Origin: a virus | Lineage: Duplodnaviria; Caudoviricetes | DNA length: 64,000 bases | IMG/VR virus record: IMGVR_UViG_3300032007_000036 | Location: 67,443 to 131,442 of that record | Reading direction: 5' to 3' (one strand) | Part shown: positions 16,905 to 27,577 of the stretch, in pieces | Layout: every line of letters starts with the position of its first letter | Numbering within the stretch: the stretch's first letter is position 1 | Notes under the pieces: model-generated | What the model saw: only the letters and a program-made list of their open reading frames with translations | Database searches by the model: none | What the model was told of the DNA's origin: nothing | Program-made: the position numbers and the translations under genes

Positions 16905-18181
16905 TTAGCTCCTTCCCTGAAACGCTTGATACGCTCGACAGCAGTTCTCTTCTGTCCGTACTGGAACTCGGCTTCACACTTGAGGAACTGACCTACGATG
17001 ATGGAAGGTTTAGCACGACGAGCCGTCAGGTACTCTGACAACCTCGTAAGCCTGTACTCCCACGTGATGTAGGTCGAGTTACCGCACATGTTGCCTATGC
17101 ACAGCGCAGCATCAGGTGTTACTCCCATATAGGTTCCGACGATCTTGGATAGATCGGAATTGCCGTTGTAGTCGCAGCTGTTGAACACGCGTTCGCGATC
17201 AACTCCATCCTTGAAGCGCAACATGTTGATGTTGTAATTCTCTCCGGAGTGGATGAACGCAAACTTGGCGTAAGACCTGCTACCGCTGATCAGAGAGTTG
17301 ATGTACACCAACACACCGATAATAGCAACGATAGCTTCCCTGAGCTGATTGCATAGAGGAACGTCACGAGACATAACAGCTTTGCGCATGTCATCAAGCA
17401 AACGATCCCTGAGTAAATCAAGGATGTAGCGATGACACTTGGCGAAGGAGTTGCCGATGACGTAGTCGTCCTTGTCCTGACTGTAGAACGTAGTGTTCCG
17501 CGATGGGTCGTACTTGAGTATCGAGTCCGTGTTCTTGCTGAACTTGCTGTACTCTCTACCGATGACCTCAGGTATCGCAGCAGCATAAAGCGCTTTGCAG
17601 TTCTCAACTATGGAGTTGAGACTGCTAACAACTGGGTTGAATCCGGATACTGCATTGATGACTGCCTTAGGCAGCCTTATCCCTACAGGGATGGCCTGAC
17701 CGATCTCGCTGTAGCAAGCTACGTAGATGATCCTCTCGATAAATTCGATGGTTCTTCCAACACGGTAGTTATCCGCCATCTTGATCAGTTCCTTGGGGAA
17801 CGGATGGTCGATGAGATCGGCAACACCGATATCGGTAACAGGGCAGTTGATTGGTGATACGGCTTTAACTCCCTCAGGGGATCCGTTACACCATCTAGAC
17901 ATGACCTTGTACAGCGGCTCGTCCTTGTTCCAGCCGTAGTAACAGAACGGATCAAGATCAAAACTGCATTTGCTGCACAGATAAGTGTAGACTGTGTCGT
18001 CCTTGGTTACGAAATCCAACTCTTTAAAGAGCATGAACCAGGACGCGTACCTAGTCCAGTCACTCCAACCTAGAGTGTCATTGGACGAGTACGGTCCTGG
18101 ATCCATGGGAGCTTCACAACACCTGTCACACCCACCTGCTTGATCGTCTACCCAATTGTAGCCTCTTAAGTAGGTGAGCAT
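16901..18181 (-). CDS. Hypothetical protein in the structural operon
   Basis: 426 aa, coupled to both neighbours, Cys-rich N-terminus. Confidence 0.75.
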   Translation of the reverse strand: MLTYLRGYNWVDDQAGGCDRCCEAPMDPGPYSSNDTLGWSDWTRYASWFMLFKELDFVTKDDTVYTYLCSKCSFDLDPFCYYGWNKDEPLYKVMSRWCNGSPEGVKAVSPINCPVTDIGVADLIDHPFPKELIKMADNYRVGRTIEFIERIIYVACYSEIGQAIPVGIRLPKAVINAVSGFNPVVSSLNSIVENCKALYAAAIPEVIGREYSKFSKNTDSILKYDPSRNTTFYSQDKDDYVIGNSFAKCHRYILDLLRDRLLDDMRKAVMSRDVPLCNQLREAIVAIIGVLVYINSLISGSRSYAKFAFIHSGENYNINMLRFKDGVDRERVFNSCDYNGNSDLSKIVGTYMGVTPDAALCIGNMCGNSTYITWEYRLTRLSEYLTARRAKPSIIVGQFLKCEAEFQYGQKRTAVERIKRFREGAK

Positions 18182-18185
18182 GGTG

Positions 18186-19169
18186 TTAGTCCTCGTTGTA
18201 GTACTTGTCGATCTTCTGGTTCAGACGATCGATCATGTCGTTGTAGTTCTTGATGATCTTGACGATGCGCTTGTAACGCTCGCTGTTCGGATCCTCGCCC
18301 TCAAGCGCCATCTGGAGGAACTCTACGCGTGCTTTGTGCTGATCGCGCATCGCACGGTTCTGACGAGCCTGGTCATCGAAGAAGTCAGTGATGAAATCAC
18401 CGATGATGCGGAAGATCCTCAGACCACGACAGCCAGAGCTGATGTCTGATTCGTTGATCTGCCCGCCGATCTTGGCGAACTTCGTGTTCGACGTGTTGTC
18501 AGCGGTAACCAGGGCAACATCGCTACCAGACTTGCGGTAGTTGATAACACCCTGCGTGAAGATCTTGCGGAGACGACCGTTGATCATCTTGCAACAGATA
18601 CCGGAAACCGCGTCAACATGGTTGGCAAGGTACTTTACCTGATAGGCAGGAACCTTGAACGTGTCAGGTTTCTTGTCGGCGATGATCGCGGCGATGAACG
18701 CCTCAGCGAACTTGGAGAGAATACGAGCGTCATCGACGATGCCGTACACAGCAACGTGACTGATCTTCGTGTTGTACAAGTTGAAGGACTTGTCGTCACC
18801 GAACAGGTCGTTGACGTTGGCAACGATCTCGCCAATAACGGCGGAAGAAGCCTGCATTGACTCGACAAGAGCACCGAGATAGTTGCTCTCCTGACGATGC
18901 TTGGCGATGCCAGTGAGTCCAGCGTTCATCTTGCTCCAGATGACCGTCGTGAGGTTCTTGTTGTTAGCCTTAGCTCCGGCGACAAGATCGCCCTGAAGTT
19001 TGGAGGTGGCAGTACCGAGATCGGTGAAGAACTGAAGGTGAGTGTTGAGTGCCGCAGCAATAGCCGTAGCATAATCAACGAACTGTTCCTTCGACATGTT
19101 CTTGGATGCAGTTCCGTTCTTGACGTCTTCCGCCACGGCTACATCGAGTTTATCCAAAGCTTTGCTCAT
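18186..19169 (-). CDS. Virion structural protein (phiKZ gp90-like)
   Basis: 327 aa; C-terminal helical pattern ..LEGEDP...KIIKNY...I..LNQKI; synteny with the gp89/88/87-like genes. Confidence 0.65.
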   Translation of the reverse strand: MSKALDKLDVAVAEDVKNGTASKNMSKEQFVDYATAIAAALNTHLQFFTDLGTATSKLQGDLVAGAKANNKNLTTVIWSKMNAGLTGIAKHRQESNYLGALVESMQASSAVIGEIVANVNDLFGDDKSFNLYNTKISHVAVYGIVDDARILSKFAEAFIAAIIADKKPDTFKVPAYQVKYLANHVDAVSGICCKMINGRLRKIFTQGVINYRKSGSDVALVTADNTSNTKFAKIGGQINESDISSGCRGLRIFRIIGDFITDFFDDQARQNRAMRDQHKARVEFLQMALEGEDPNSERYKRIVKIIKNYNDMIDRLNQKIDKYYNED

Positions 19170-19186
19170 GTGATACCTTCTCTTTC

Positions 19187-20305
19187 TTAGAAGCGAGGAG
19201 CCTGGCCTGCAGCGAACACCGACATGAGCGTCTTCATGTCAACGGAGTCCTTGCTGCCTTTACCGACAGATTCTTTAATCTGCTCGACGGAATACTTTCC
19301 AGGGTTCTGCAACCCGTTGAAGTAGATGTCGACGGTTTCGTAGTTCGGATCGAATACGACAAGCATCATTGCCATGCAGCCAGTCATGATCTTCTGACGA
19401 ACGTCATAACGACGATAGTCGAGACCTTCATCCTTCATGATCCTGTCGATTGTACGACGAGAGATAACGATGATGGACGAAGCCGAGTTGTGGTTCCTCT
19501 TGGCTATCGGAGCCATAGCAGCGGCAGCCTTTGTGATCTGGGTTTTCTTGCGATCTTCCATCTCACGGAGGATACCTTCCTTATCGGCCTTCAGTGCTTT
19601 AGCACGCTTGGCCACCAAGTCTGCTTCGAAAATGAAGTCTTTCCAGAAAGAGATCTCACCGGCCTTGAACTTGGCCCAACGAGAAGACATCGACGGCGGG
19701 AAGTTCTTGCTGATGAACACTTCGAGAACGCTCGTCGGAGTCGTGAACGGAGCCAGCTGGACATAGAAGTACAGCGGGACAGATCCGCCCTTGCCGTCAG
19801 CAACCTTAACCTCAACCAGACGACCTGTGAACAGAGCCTGCTCAAGCTTGGTCTCCTTAACAGTGTTGCCCTTGTCGTGACCCTTCTCAGTGTTATCGTC
19901 CTCAAGGTTGTCTTTGACGTCACGAGCGATCTGCACGACATCTTCCATGCCAGCGATCACTTTAACGTTCTTGTCGCCGAACTTCTCCTTGATGACATCG
20001 AGGAACTGATGGAAGTCCTCAGTTGAGATCATCGCAGCCATGTCACGAACAGTACGGCCACCGGCAACCATGTTGCTGAGACCAACAGCCGTGAACACAA
20101 ATCCACCGAGAAGGTGATTGACGAACTTCATGATTGGAAGCATGCCGTCTTCACGGACGATGCTGTCCTCAATGTACGCACGGGAGGAGATCAAGGTCTT
20201 CTTCGTGTACTCAGTCAGAGATGTGACCGAACGGTCTTTCATCTCGCAAATGAAGTCAACGACTTCCTTGATACTTCCAACTGTATCACTTGCTACATCA
20301 CTCAT
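19187..20305 (-). CDS. Virion structural protein (phiKZ gp89-like)
   Basis: SLTEYTK..., RWAKFKAGEISFWKDFIF, and terminal G.APRF patterns recalled for this family. Confidence 0.75.
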   Translation of the reverse strand: MSDVASDTVGSIKEVVDFICEMKDRSVTSLTEYTKKTLISSRAYIEDSIVREDGMLPIMKFVNHLLGGFVFTAVGLSNMVAGGRTVRDMAAMISTEDFHQFLDVIKEKFGDKNVKVIAGMEDVVQIARDVKDNLEDDNTEKGHDKGNTVKETKLEQALFTGRLVEVKVADGKGGSVPLYFYVQLAPFTTPTSVLEVFISKNFPPSMSSRWAKFKAGEISFWKDFIFEADLVAKRAKALKADKEGILREMEDRKKTQITKAAAAMAPIAKRNHNSASSIIVISRRTIDRIMKDEGLDYRRYDVRQKIMTGCMAMMLVVFDPNYETVDIYFNGLQNPGKYSVEQIKESVGKGSKDSVDMKTLMSVFAAGQAPRF

Positions 20306-20430
20306 AATAGCACCTTTGTTACTTGTTTTTAGTTGAAATAAGCTATCAAACCATAGTATAGTTTTGAGATTTGACCCCTATTTTCAGCGTGTTTTCAGGG
20401 GGATTTTCTAAAGAAGAAAGGAGGTTCTCA

Positions 20431-22053
20431 ATGAGTCTAGGATTCGTCGAAATTGACGGTCGGCGATACCGGATCAAGTACAAAGATCCGGACGAATCTG
20501 ACATAGATTCGGAGTTTAAGAAACTCAAGAACTCAGCGGGACCGAATTACAACCCAGAACTTGACAAAGAACGCTTCATGGCTAGAGCTAGAACTCTTGC
20601 CGCAAGTAAGAAATACGAGGAGGCAAGTCGTGAAGCGTACGGATACGCTACGAAAATTGTCGCCAAATTGGATGAGCTTAAAGCAGAACCTGGTATCTCA
20701 CAACGCCGTACCGCAACACTTTCAGTTGAAGGTGTGTCGAATGGAGTTCTCAAGTCTATCGAACTCGTGTCTACCAATGATTCCGATCCTCCGAATGTCA
20801 TTACTGATGAGAAGGTGAAGAAGTCGCTTGAGACTCTTGTTGCCAAACTCAACAAAGAGAACTACGATCATCAGCAGAGCAGCAAGACTCCTAAGGAAGA
20901 TACATACCTCAAGATTCCGACTCCTGATTACAGCAAACCCATTCCAGATCAGATCGAAGACCTGGCTTACTGGTTTGCTGGTGCTGGAGACAAGGATCAT
21001 CAGTTCGCGTTGGAGATGACTCGGATCAATCGATTCAACAAATCGTTCCTTCCTGCCAACAGGGAGCTTGTCGGGTACACGTTCATCACCAGACCGCACT
21101 GCAACCTTGCCAATGAGAACCTTGCGAATGTAAGAGATTTCGCACCGCTTCTGTTCTGCCATCCTAACAGCATCCAGATGGCCATCAGACAGAGCCTCGA
21201 CACCGAGTTCGCTTATCGGCATGGTGGAGAGGACAAGTTCAAGTGTCCTCTTATTGACACACAGAACCCGTTCTTCGTCATGTGCTGCAATAGTCTGAGG
21301 TCGTGCAACGGCTTCCCTGACCCTACTCTTGCTATCGAAACTACAGAAGGAGGATTCTTCTCGGAACAGCAGTCTGGAGTTATCGGTTATGATCGTATGG
21401 CCAAGGGACAGGATCTTCAGTTGACATTCCGTGACTACATCGGTGCTCCGGTGATGAGTGCGATCGATTTTTGGGTCAAGTACATGGGCTACGTCCAGGA
21501 CGGAACCATGCATCAGTACAAAGAAGACATCGAGCACAATCTCTTTGGTTATTCGGTATCGATCTACCGATTTTTGCTCGACTACTCTGGAAGGAGAATA
21601 ACTCGCTGGGCTAAGGCTACTGGCTGCTGGCCCAAGATGTCTCCGATGGGAACTATCTTCAATGTGTCTGAAGGCGAAACTGTCGTAAATGCTGCTAAGG
21701 ATAACTTCTCGGTTCCATTCCAGGCAAGTGTCTTCGAGTACAATGATCCTGAGATCTTGAGAGACTTCAACATTCTGGTAAGACGCTACTGCGCCAGCAT
21801 AGCCGACGGTGAACCTACCGGAGGCAAGGGTGATGGCAATGAGCTCCTTCCCGATCTTCGTACACACATAACGAACAACAGAGCAGGCATTCCGTATGTG
21901 ACATTCAGATACGGTGCACCTGAGTTGATCTGGAAAGTTCCTGTTGGCCACTCTAGTGGTAACGGAACTGCAGTCAACACTCCAGTTGTCAGTAATTCAG
22001 ACTACAAGGAGCCGAAGGATCCTGATAGCGATTACTTGAGATTTCCTCACTAA
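20431..22053 (+). CDS. Virion structural protein (phiKZ gp88-like) with N-terminal extension
   Basis: GYTFITRP.CNL, NPFF..N.L.S..GFPD and IYRFLLD motifs; start moved to ATG 20431 because of the AGGAGG SD. Confidence 0.75.
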   Translation: MSLGFVEIDGRRYRIKYKDPDESDIDSEFKKLKNSAGPNYNPELDKERFMARARTLAASKKYEEASREAYGYATKIVAKLDELKAEPGISQRRTATLSVEGVSNGVLKSIELVSTNDSDPPNVITDEKVKKSLETLVAKLNKENYDHQQSSKTPKEDTYLKIPTPDYSKPIPDQIEDLAYWFAGAGDKDHQFALEMTRINRFNKSFLPANRELVGYTFITRPHCNLANENLANVRDFAPLLFCHPNSIQMAIRQSLDTEFAYRHGGEDKFKCPLIDTQNPFFVMCCNSLRSCNGFPDPTLAIETTEGGFFSEQQSGVIGYDRMAKGQDLQLTFRDYIGAPVMSAIDFWVKYMGYVQDGTMHQYKEDIEHNLFGYSVSIYRFLLDYSGRRITRWAKATGCWPKMSPMGTIFNVSEGETVVNAAKDNFSVPFQASVFEYNDPEILRDFNILVRRYCASIADGEPTGGKGDGNELLPDLRTHITNNRAGIPYVTFRYGAPELIWKVPVGHSSGNGTAVNTPVVSNSDYKEPKDPDSDYLRFPH

Positions 22054-22072
22054 CTAAATAGAAGGGACATTC

Positions 22073-25000
22073 ATGTCTACGAGTATTGACGATTGGACAC
22101 TTGACGGTATCAAGAACCCACAAGTGCTCCAGAGTTACATACTGGATAAGTTCAGTGAGAGCACAGGTGGGAAGCAGGTGATTGTTGACGGCAATAATCC
22201 AACCAGCTTCCTCATCGAAGGCTTTTCTAGCTTGACTTCCAAGCTTATCCAGAAGATCGATGATACTGTTCTTCCTGCCATCTATCCTAGCAGAGCACAG
22301 AGTATCACCGACCTTTACAAACATCTGAGCGACTACGACTACCTCGGTCTGTTCGCGTCCCCTGCATCGTGCACAATCGTGCTGATAGTTGAGCAGGGCT
22401 ACCTAATGCGCAATGCAGTTGAAGTGGGAACTGTAGATGGCGTTACTGTAAAGCAGGTCGTTATTCCACAGACCACTCGGTTCAAGATCGGTAATTATGT
22501 CTTCGGACTCTACTATCCGATCAGGATCCGTGTGTCTTCAGAGACAGGCATGTTCGTCGTGGAATACGACAACACTGTCAACAACCCGCTTCACATCCTC
22601 AGCCAGAACATCCTCGAACACTCGTTCTACAGGAACGAAGGGTTGAACCTGGCCTACATCAAGATTCCTGTGTACCAGTTCGATACCCAGACGACTGAAG
22701 AGCCTCTGGTTGACTCGACTGGTTACCGCAGAGTTATCGAGTACACCGACAAGTTCTATGCACTCAAGTGCACTGCGGACGTTCGTGATCCTGAGACCGA
22801 CACCTGGTCTAACCAGGAACTTGCACTTGCTCTGTCTGGCAGAACATACAACCCAGAGAAACCCACAGTTGTGTTCTCGATTGATCCTGCCAACAAGCAG
22901 TGTATCGTGGAGATTCCGTACATCTATTTCACGCAGAACCTTATCCGTGGAAACATCCGTGTTGACATCTACACGACCGCTGGTTACTTGAACTACCAGA
23001 TCCCGACTGGAACTAATGATACTGTCGGAATCGACATGTTCACTGTTCCTCTGGACACGGAAGTCCGCAAGTACACAGAACCTTTCCGCAAGATGCCTGC
23101 CCTTACAGCTATTCCTGTTACTACACAAGTGGTTGGTGGAACTAACGGGTATTCCTACTCGGATCTTCGCAAGAAGGTTATCGCTGATGCGTTCGGTGAC
23201 GCTACTCTGCAGACTCCTGCGGATATCGATGCGTACTTCTCCAACATCGGCTATGTGACGTCGCTGTTCAAGGACGGTATAACCGACCGTATCTTCAACG
23301 CCCATGCCACACTGCGTGACACGGACGATGCGATTATTGCGGCTGGTTGTGTGGATACTCTCATTACCTTGGATACGCTGAAGTCGAGCAACTCCTCGAC
23401 TATTATCACGACTGGTGAGAACGTGTACACGATCCTCCCGTCTACAAGGTACAAGTTTGACTCGGACAAGGGAATCTGTGTTCCTCTGACTGACAATGAA
23501 CTAAACGCTCTTAATGGTCTTGGAGCTGCCGATAAGGTTAATGCGTTCAACAACGCGACCTACACTCTCTGCCCGTTCCACATCCAGCTATCGCTCAAAG
23601 ATCGTTATCCTACATCTGCAACATTCGACATGACTGACTCGGCTATTGAGTCGAGAACATCTGTCCGTACTCGTACAGACGTGGCTCAGCACCTGGCTAT
23701 CAACTCTGCGTTGCTTAGCATTGTTCCTGTTGATGCCACACGTGATGATGACATGATCACGGATAAGTACAGGATCACCCTGAACATTATCCGTTCTGGT
23801 ATGAACAATGTGGAAGCGATCATTTCGAACGGTGAGTCACAGGGAATTGCCAACATCAGGTGTATCGTCGGTATCAAGACACTTGACGGAAGTTATGTGT
23901 TCGCTGACGCTGAGTACCTTGGTCGTGAGTCCGAGATCGATACCTATCAGTTGCTCGTATCTGCTACTGCAGCGTTCACCAGTACTGAGGAAGGTCGTGC
24001 TGTGCGTATTAAAGCTCCGTTCTCTGTTAACGGAGTTGATGTGCTTCTCACAACTGAAATCCGCATTATCCTCTGTGTACGCAACACAGTCAACGGTATC
24101 GCTGAGACGGTTAGCGGCAGTAAGTACAACTCGACCAAGATCCTTGACACCGACTTCACGATGGCAGAACTCGATGACATCGGTTCCTACATCGCCCTGT
24201 CTGAACATCAGCTGGTAGTTCGCTTCGGCAAGATGGTCAATGAAGTTGACCAGCGTATTGCTCTGAGCTACAGTGGCATCCAGTATAAGAAGTATGCTAC
24301 GACAGAGATGGCAACTCTGGATTATCCGGTCTACGTGACTGATGAGAACGGAGTGCCGATTCTGTCGCATGGTGAACTTCAGGTAAAGTATGCTGCTGGC
24401 ACACTCAAGGCTGCGACTATAGCCGTGACTGAAGACAAGCCTATCTCATACTTCCTCAGGAAGAACTTGGCTGGCTGTGAAGCAATCTACAACAACAATA
24501 GAGTAACTCTGCCCTCGGTAAACAACTGGGTGATCGCAGATGGCAAATACTCTGGAACAGATGCTGCCATGCTCACTGATGTGGATGGCACAGCTATTCC
24601 TGTGGATGGATTTATTGTTCCGAGTTTTGAGATAACGGCTGCAAGACTTACCCTTGCCGGTATCAACCCGATCATCGGTACGTACGAGGTAGCAGATGCC
24701 AAGAACACTGGCCCTCTGTCCTCGGCTTCCGATGAGTGGTACCGTGTGTTCAAGACTTCTGAGGTCAACACTTCAGGTGGTACCGATAGTGTGACTAATG
24801 TTTACAAGATCGGTGCTATGGACGCACTCAAGTTCGTTGTCAACTACATCCTTACCAGGAACGGAGCTAAATCTCCTGTTCATGTTGTTGATGCTGCTGA
24901 GTATGTGACTGACCTGGTGACAGGTGAAGTTTCCATCATCGGTTATGTGGACAACAAGATCAATACTCTCACAGAGTACACTGACGGAATGTTTGTGCTT

Positions 25001-26302
25001 GTTGAACACGACACTGGGGATGAACTCTCTCATCCTGCAAGGCTGTACCTTCGTAAGAACAACACTTGGAACGTTGTCAAGACGTTCGAGGTTGAAACCT
25101 ACGACGGAGTAGTTGGGCTTATAGCAGCAGACGAACTTGGTATGATCAAGCCTACAGAGACGACATATCTGTCCACGAGGAAATACTTCCACATGGAAGG
25201 TAACATCTGGGCCAAGATGACAGTTGTTCCTGGCGAACCTGTTGCAAACGATGCCTACGTGTACTCTCCGCAGTCCAACGGTTACGTCTATCTCCTTCGT
25301 CGTATTAAACCGATGGATCCTAACGGAGTAGACTACGAGTGGAAGTCCACGGAAACCAAGGTTCAGTACGTCGCATTTCTCACTCAGACAGAGGGCGGTA
25401 TTCCTGATTTCACAAGGAGACCTACTTCTTCTGATGCACTTATCTTTGCTGCAGACGATAACTCCATCCTGGATGGAACGTTCAAGAAGGATGAGTTCTG
25501 GAAGAGCTACGTCAACAAGTGGCCTTGGGAAGTTACAGAGTGGAACAGACTTGACACCTCGTTGTCTATAGACAACGTTCCTGTCAACGCCTACAAGGTT
25601 GACGATCAGGTAGTTACCGAGTTTGATGTTGCGCGCATGGAGAAATACTGCGTGCACACCTCCGGACAAGTCATTCTGACCAATGGGCAACCCACTCCTG
25701 TTGAAGGTAGTGGAAGAGAGGTTCAGTACCTCGTCAACGTGCTTCATGTTGATGCCAAGTTGGCTGAGACTACGACTAACAAAGTGATCAGGACCTATCC
25801 TGGTTCTGTTGTGGAAACCATGAGATCTCACTTCAACAACTTGGGTGCGGTCAAGAACAGGTTGTACACAAGCACCAAGCTCTACTTCGAGCCGATGCGT
25901 TCACTTGGGTTCGGAAGGTTCTACACTGACGGTGAGACAGTTGCGACTTACCCGTTGGATATCTCGATGGCATTCAGGCTGCACGTCAGCCCTGATATCG
26001 CCGATGATTCAACGATGCTCGAGTCGCTCAGGGAATCGGTTATTAGGTTGATCGATGACCACATGGCTGAAGGCTCTACCAACATGGCTGTTATTGCGCA
26101 GCTCATCAAAGACAACAACTCTGACTCTGTCAGGTACGTTGACGTCCTTGGCATCAATGGCGACGAATCTCTCCAGACGATGCGTTGTGTTGATCCTGAA
26201 GTCAGACCTCACCTAAAGCATGAACTCAGACTGCTGGACGACAATGCGACTATTGACCTGACTCGTGGATTATCACTCGAGTTCGTCATAGCCGACGTGT
26301 AA
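22073..26302 (+). CDS. Large virion/baseplate structural protein (phiKZ gp87-like)
   Basis: 1409 aa; YP..AQ...DLYKHLSDYDYLGLFASP, D.ITDR and T.LYF.P..SLG motifs. Confidence 0.75.
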   Translation: MSTSIDDWTLDGIKNPQVLQSYILDKFSESTGGKQVIVDGNNPTSFLIEGFSSLTSKLIQKIDDTVLPAIYPSRAQSITDLYKHLSDYDYLGLFASPASCTIVLIVEQGYLMRNAVEVGTVDGVTVKQVVIPQTTRFKIGNYVFGLYYPIRIRVSSETGMFVVEYDNTVNNPLHILSQNILEHSFYRNEGLNLAYIKIPVYQFDTQTTEEPLVDSTGYRRVIEYTDKFYALKCTADVRDPETDTWSNQELALALSGRTYNPEKPTVVFSIDPANKQCIVEIPYIYFTQNLIRGNIRVDIYTTAGYLNYQIPTGTNDTVGIDMFTVPLDTEVRKYTEPFRKMPALTAIPVTTQVVGGTNGYSYSDLRKKVIADAFGDATLQTPADIDAYFSNIGYVTSLFKDGITDRIFNAHATLRDTDDAIIAAGCVDTLITLDTLKSSNSSTIITTGENVYTILPSTRYKFDSDKGICVPLTDNELNALNGLGAADKVNAFNNATYTLCPFHIQLSLKDRYPTSATFDMTDSAIESRTSVRTRTDVAQHLAINSALLSIVPVDATRDDDMITDKYRITLNIIRSGMNNVEAIISNGESQGIANIRCIVGIKTLDGSYVFADAEYLGRESEIDTYQLLVSATAAFTSTEEGRAVRIKAPFSVNGVDVLLTTEIRIILCVRNTVNGIAETVSGSKYNSTKILDTDFTMAELDDIGSYIALSEHQLVVRFGKMVNEVDQRIALSYSGIQYKKYATTEMATLDYPVYVTDENGVPILSHGELQVKYAAGTLKAATIAVTEDKPISYFLRKNLAGCEAIYNNNRVTLPSVNNWVIADGKYSGTDAAMLTDVDGTAIPVDGFIVPSFEITAARLTLAGINPIIGTYEVADAKNTGPLSSASDEWYRVFKTSEVNTSGGTDSVTNVYKIGAMDALKFVVNYILTRNGAKSPVHVVDAAEYVTDLVTGEVSIIGYVDNKINTLTEYTDGMFVLVEHDTGDELSHPARLYLRKNNTWNVVKTFEVETYDGVVGLIAADELGMIKPTETTYLSTRKYFHMEGNIWAKMTVVPGEPVANDAYVYSPQSNGYVYLLRRIKPMDPNGVDYEWKSTETKVQYVAFLTQTEGGIPDFTRRPTSSDALIFAADDNSILDGTFKKDEFWKSYVNKWPWEVTEWNRLDTSLSIDNVPVNAYKVDDQVVTEFDVARMEKYCVHTSGQVILTNGQPTPVEGSGREVQYLVNVLHVDAKLAETTTNKVIRTYPGSVVETMRSHFNNLGAVKNRLYTSTKLYFEPMRSLGFGRFYTDGETVATYPLDISMAFRLHVSPDIADDSTMLESLRESVIRLIDDHMAEGSTNMAVIAQLIKDNNSDSVRYVDVLGINGDESLQTMRCVDPEVRPHLKHELRLLDDNATIDLTRGLSLEFVIADV

Positions 26303-26338
26303 CACTTCCTACCGTGTGAAGGTAACAAAAAAGAAGAC

Positions 26339-26373
26339 ACCACCTCGGTGCGGGCTAACCGCACCGAGGTGGT
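26339..26373. terminator. Bidirectional terminator
   Basis: ACCACCTCGGTGCGG/CCGCACCGAGGTGGT stem flanked by CAAAAAAGAA and TCTTTTTATTTTT. Confidence 0.85.
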
Positions 26374-26390
26374 AAGTCTTTTATTTTTGG

Positions 26391-26744
26391 TCACTGCTCC
26401 AGTACACTGCTTGGATGAGACAGTTGCAGTTTCGATTTATTGTTCTTGCCTTTAATTGCTAGTACGTCGTACGGCCAACAGACCGTGTCGACGACAGCTT
26501 CAAGACAAGTGTCGACAGCTGGTACAAGTGCCAACGGGATGGTGATGATGTTGATCGGATAGAACTTGTCACTGGCGCCAGGGGACATGACCTGTGGCCA
26601 AGCGACAATGTAAGTCCACGCAATCATTTCCTGAGTGCACTGATAAGTGTCAACGATCTCTTTATCTGTTCCAGGACACCTGGTATACAGATTCATGCAG
26701 CCACATGTAGCAGCAAGCAAGATAAGACAGATGAGTTTCTTCAT
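26391..26744 (-). CDS. YceK/YidQ-family lipoprotein
   Basis: MKKLICLILLAATCGC lipobox; C-terminal VDTCLEAVVDTVCWPYD resembles the family D.P...V.DT...PYD motif. Confidence 0.7.
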   Translation of the reverse strand: MKKLICLILLAATCGCMNLYTRCPGTDKEIVDTYQCTQEMIAWTYIVAWPQVMSPGASDKFYPINIITIPLALVPAVDTCLEAVVDTVCWPYDVLAIKGKNNKSKLQLSHPSSVLEQ

Positions 26745-26746
26745 GA

Positions 26747-27268
26747 TCAGTCCTTTATGCTGCATTTGATTTTCAGTGGTTCCTGACGGATATCCACCGA
26801 GACAATGTCCTCGAGAACGTGTTCGATGTGAAGGTCTTCGATTTCATGCCAAATGGAAGCGGGGTTCTCCTTGGCAGTTTTGTCGATTCCCCACATAGTG
26901 CTATTCGCAGCGTTAAAGCTATGGAACCTGTAGGCGTCCACGAGACGATCTACTAGAACACTAGTGGAGTTAGTGTGGTAGAGTTTCTTACCGTTCTTGA
27001 CACCGGCAATCACGTAGCATACGGCAGTGGTGTCATGATCAGCAACTTTCCAGAGAATAGCATCTCCACCAGCTTCAGGACGCTCTGCAAGATGGTAGAC
27101 GCAGAACTCACGGTCATCCCAACGTTTCTTGAGTTCCTCGATAGTGGACTGAGCAAACGCTGGAGTTACAAACACCATAGTGTCCGAGTTGATGTCAACT
27201 GTACTTCCAGCGTTCGCAACGACACGGTACTCATCGCCCTTCTTGGAGACGATCAGATACACGTTCAT
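26747..27268 (-). CDS. Hypothetical protein
   Basis: 173 aa, coupled to its neighbours. Confidence 0.7.
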   Translation of the reverse strand: MNVYLIVSKKGDEYRVVANAGSTVDINSDTMVFVTPAFAQSTIEELKKRWDDREFCVYHLAERPEAGGDAILWKVADHDTTAVCYVIAGVKNGKKLYHTNSTSVLVDRLVDAYRFHSFNAANSTMWGIDKTAKENPASIWHEIEDLHIEHVLEDIVSVDIRQEPLKIKCSIKD

Positions 27269-27504
27269 TTCTTCTTGCCCTTCTTGGCTTTCTTCCTGGT
27301 CGGACGGTTCTTCTTGCGAGCCGCCTTGGCAACCTTACGAGCCTTATCGCTCTTGGCTTTCACATTGCTGTCGTGATTAGCGACGTCTTTCGGCTTGTAG
27401 CAGAAGGCAGGCTGAAGGTCACGGATCCGTTCCCTTAGCCTCTGCTCTTCAGTGACGGCTTCCACCATTTCGGGGAAGGTCGTTATTCCTTCAGGTATGT
27501 GCAT
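27265..27504 (-). CDS. Small protein with a very basic C-terminal tail
   Basis: MHIPEG...KARKVAKAARKKNRPTRKKAKKGKKK; AAGGA SD. Confidence 0.7.
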   Translation of the reverse strand: MHIPEGITTFPEMVEAVTEEQRLRERIRDLQPAFCYKPKDVANHDSNVKAKSDKARKVAKAARKKNRPTRKKAKKGKKK

Positions 27505-27577
27505 TGTGTTTGTTCCTTGTTGAGGGTTGTTGTGTGTACACATTTAGATAATAAATACTTGACCTCTAGTCGAGATC

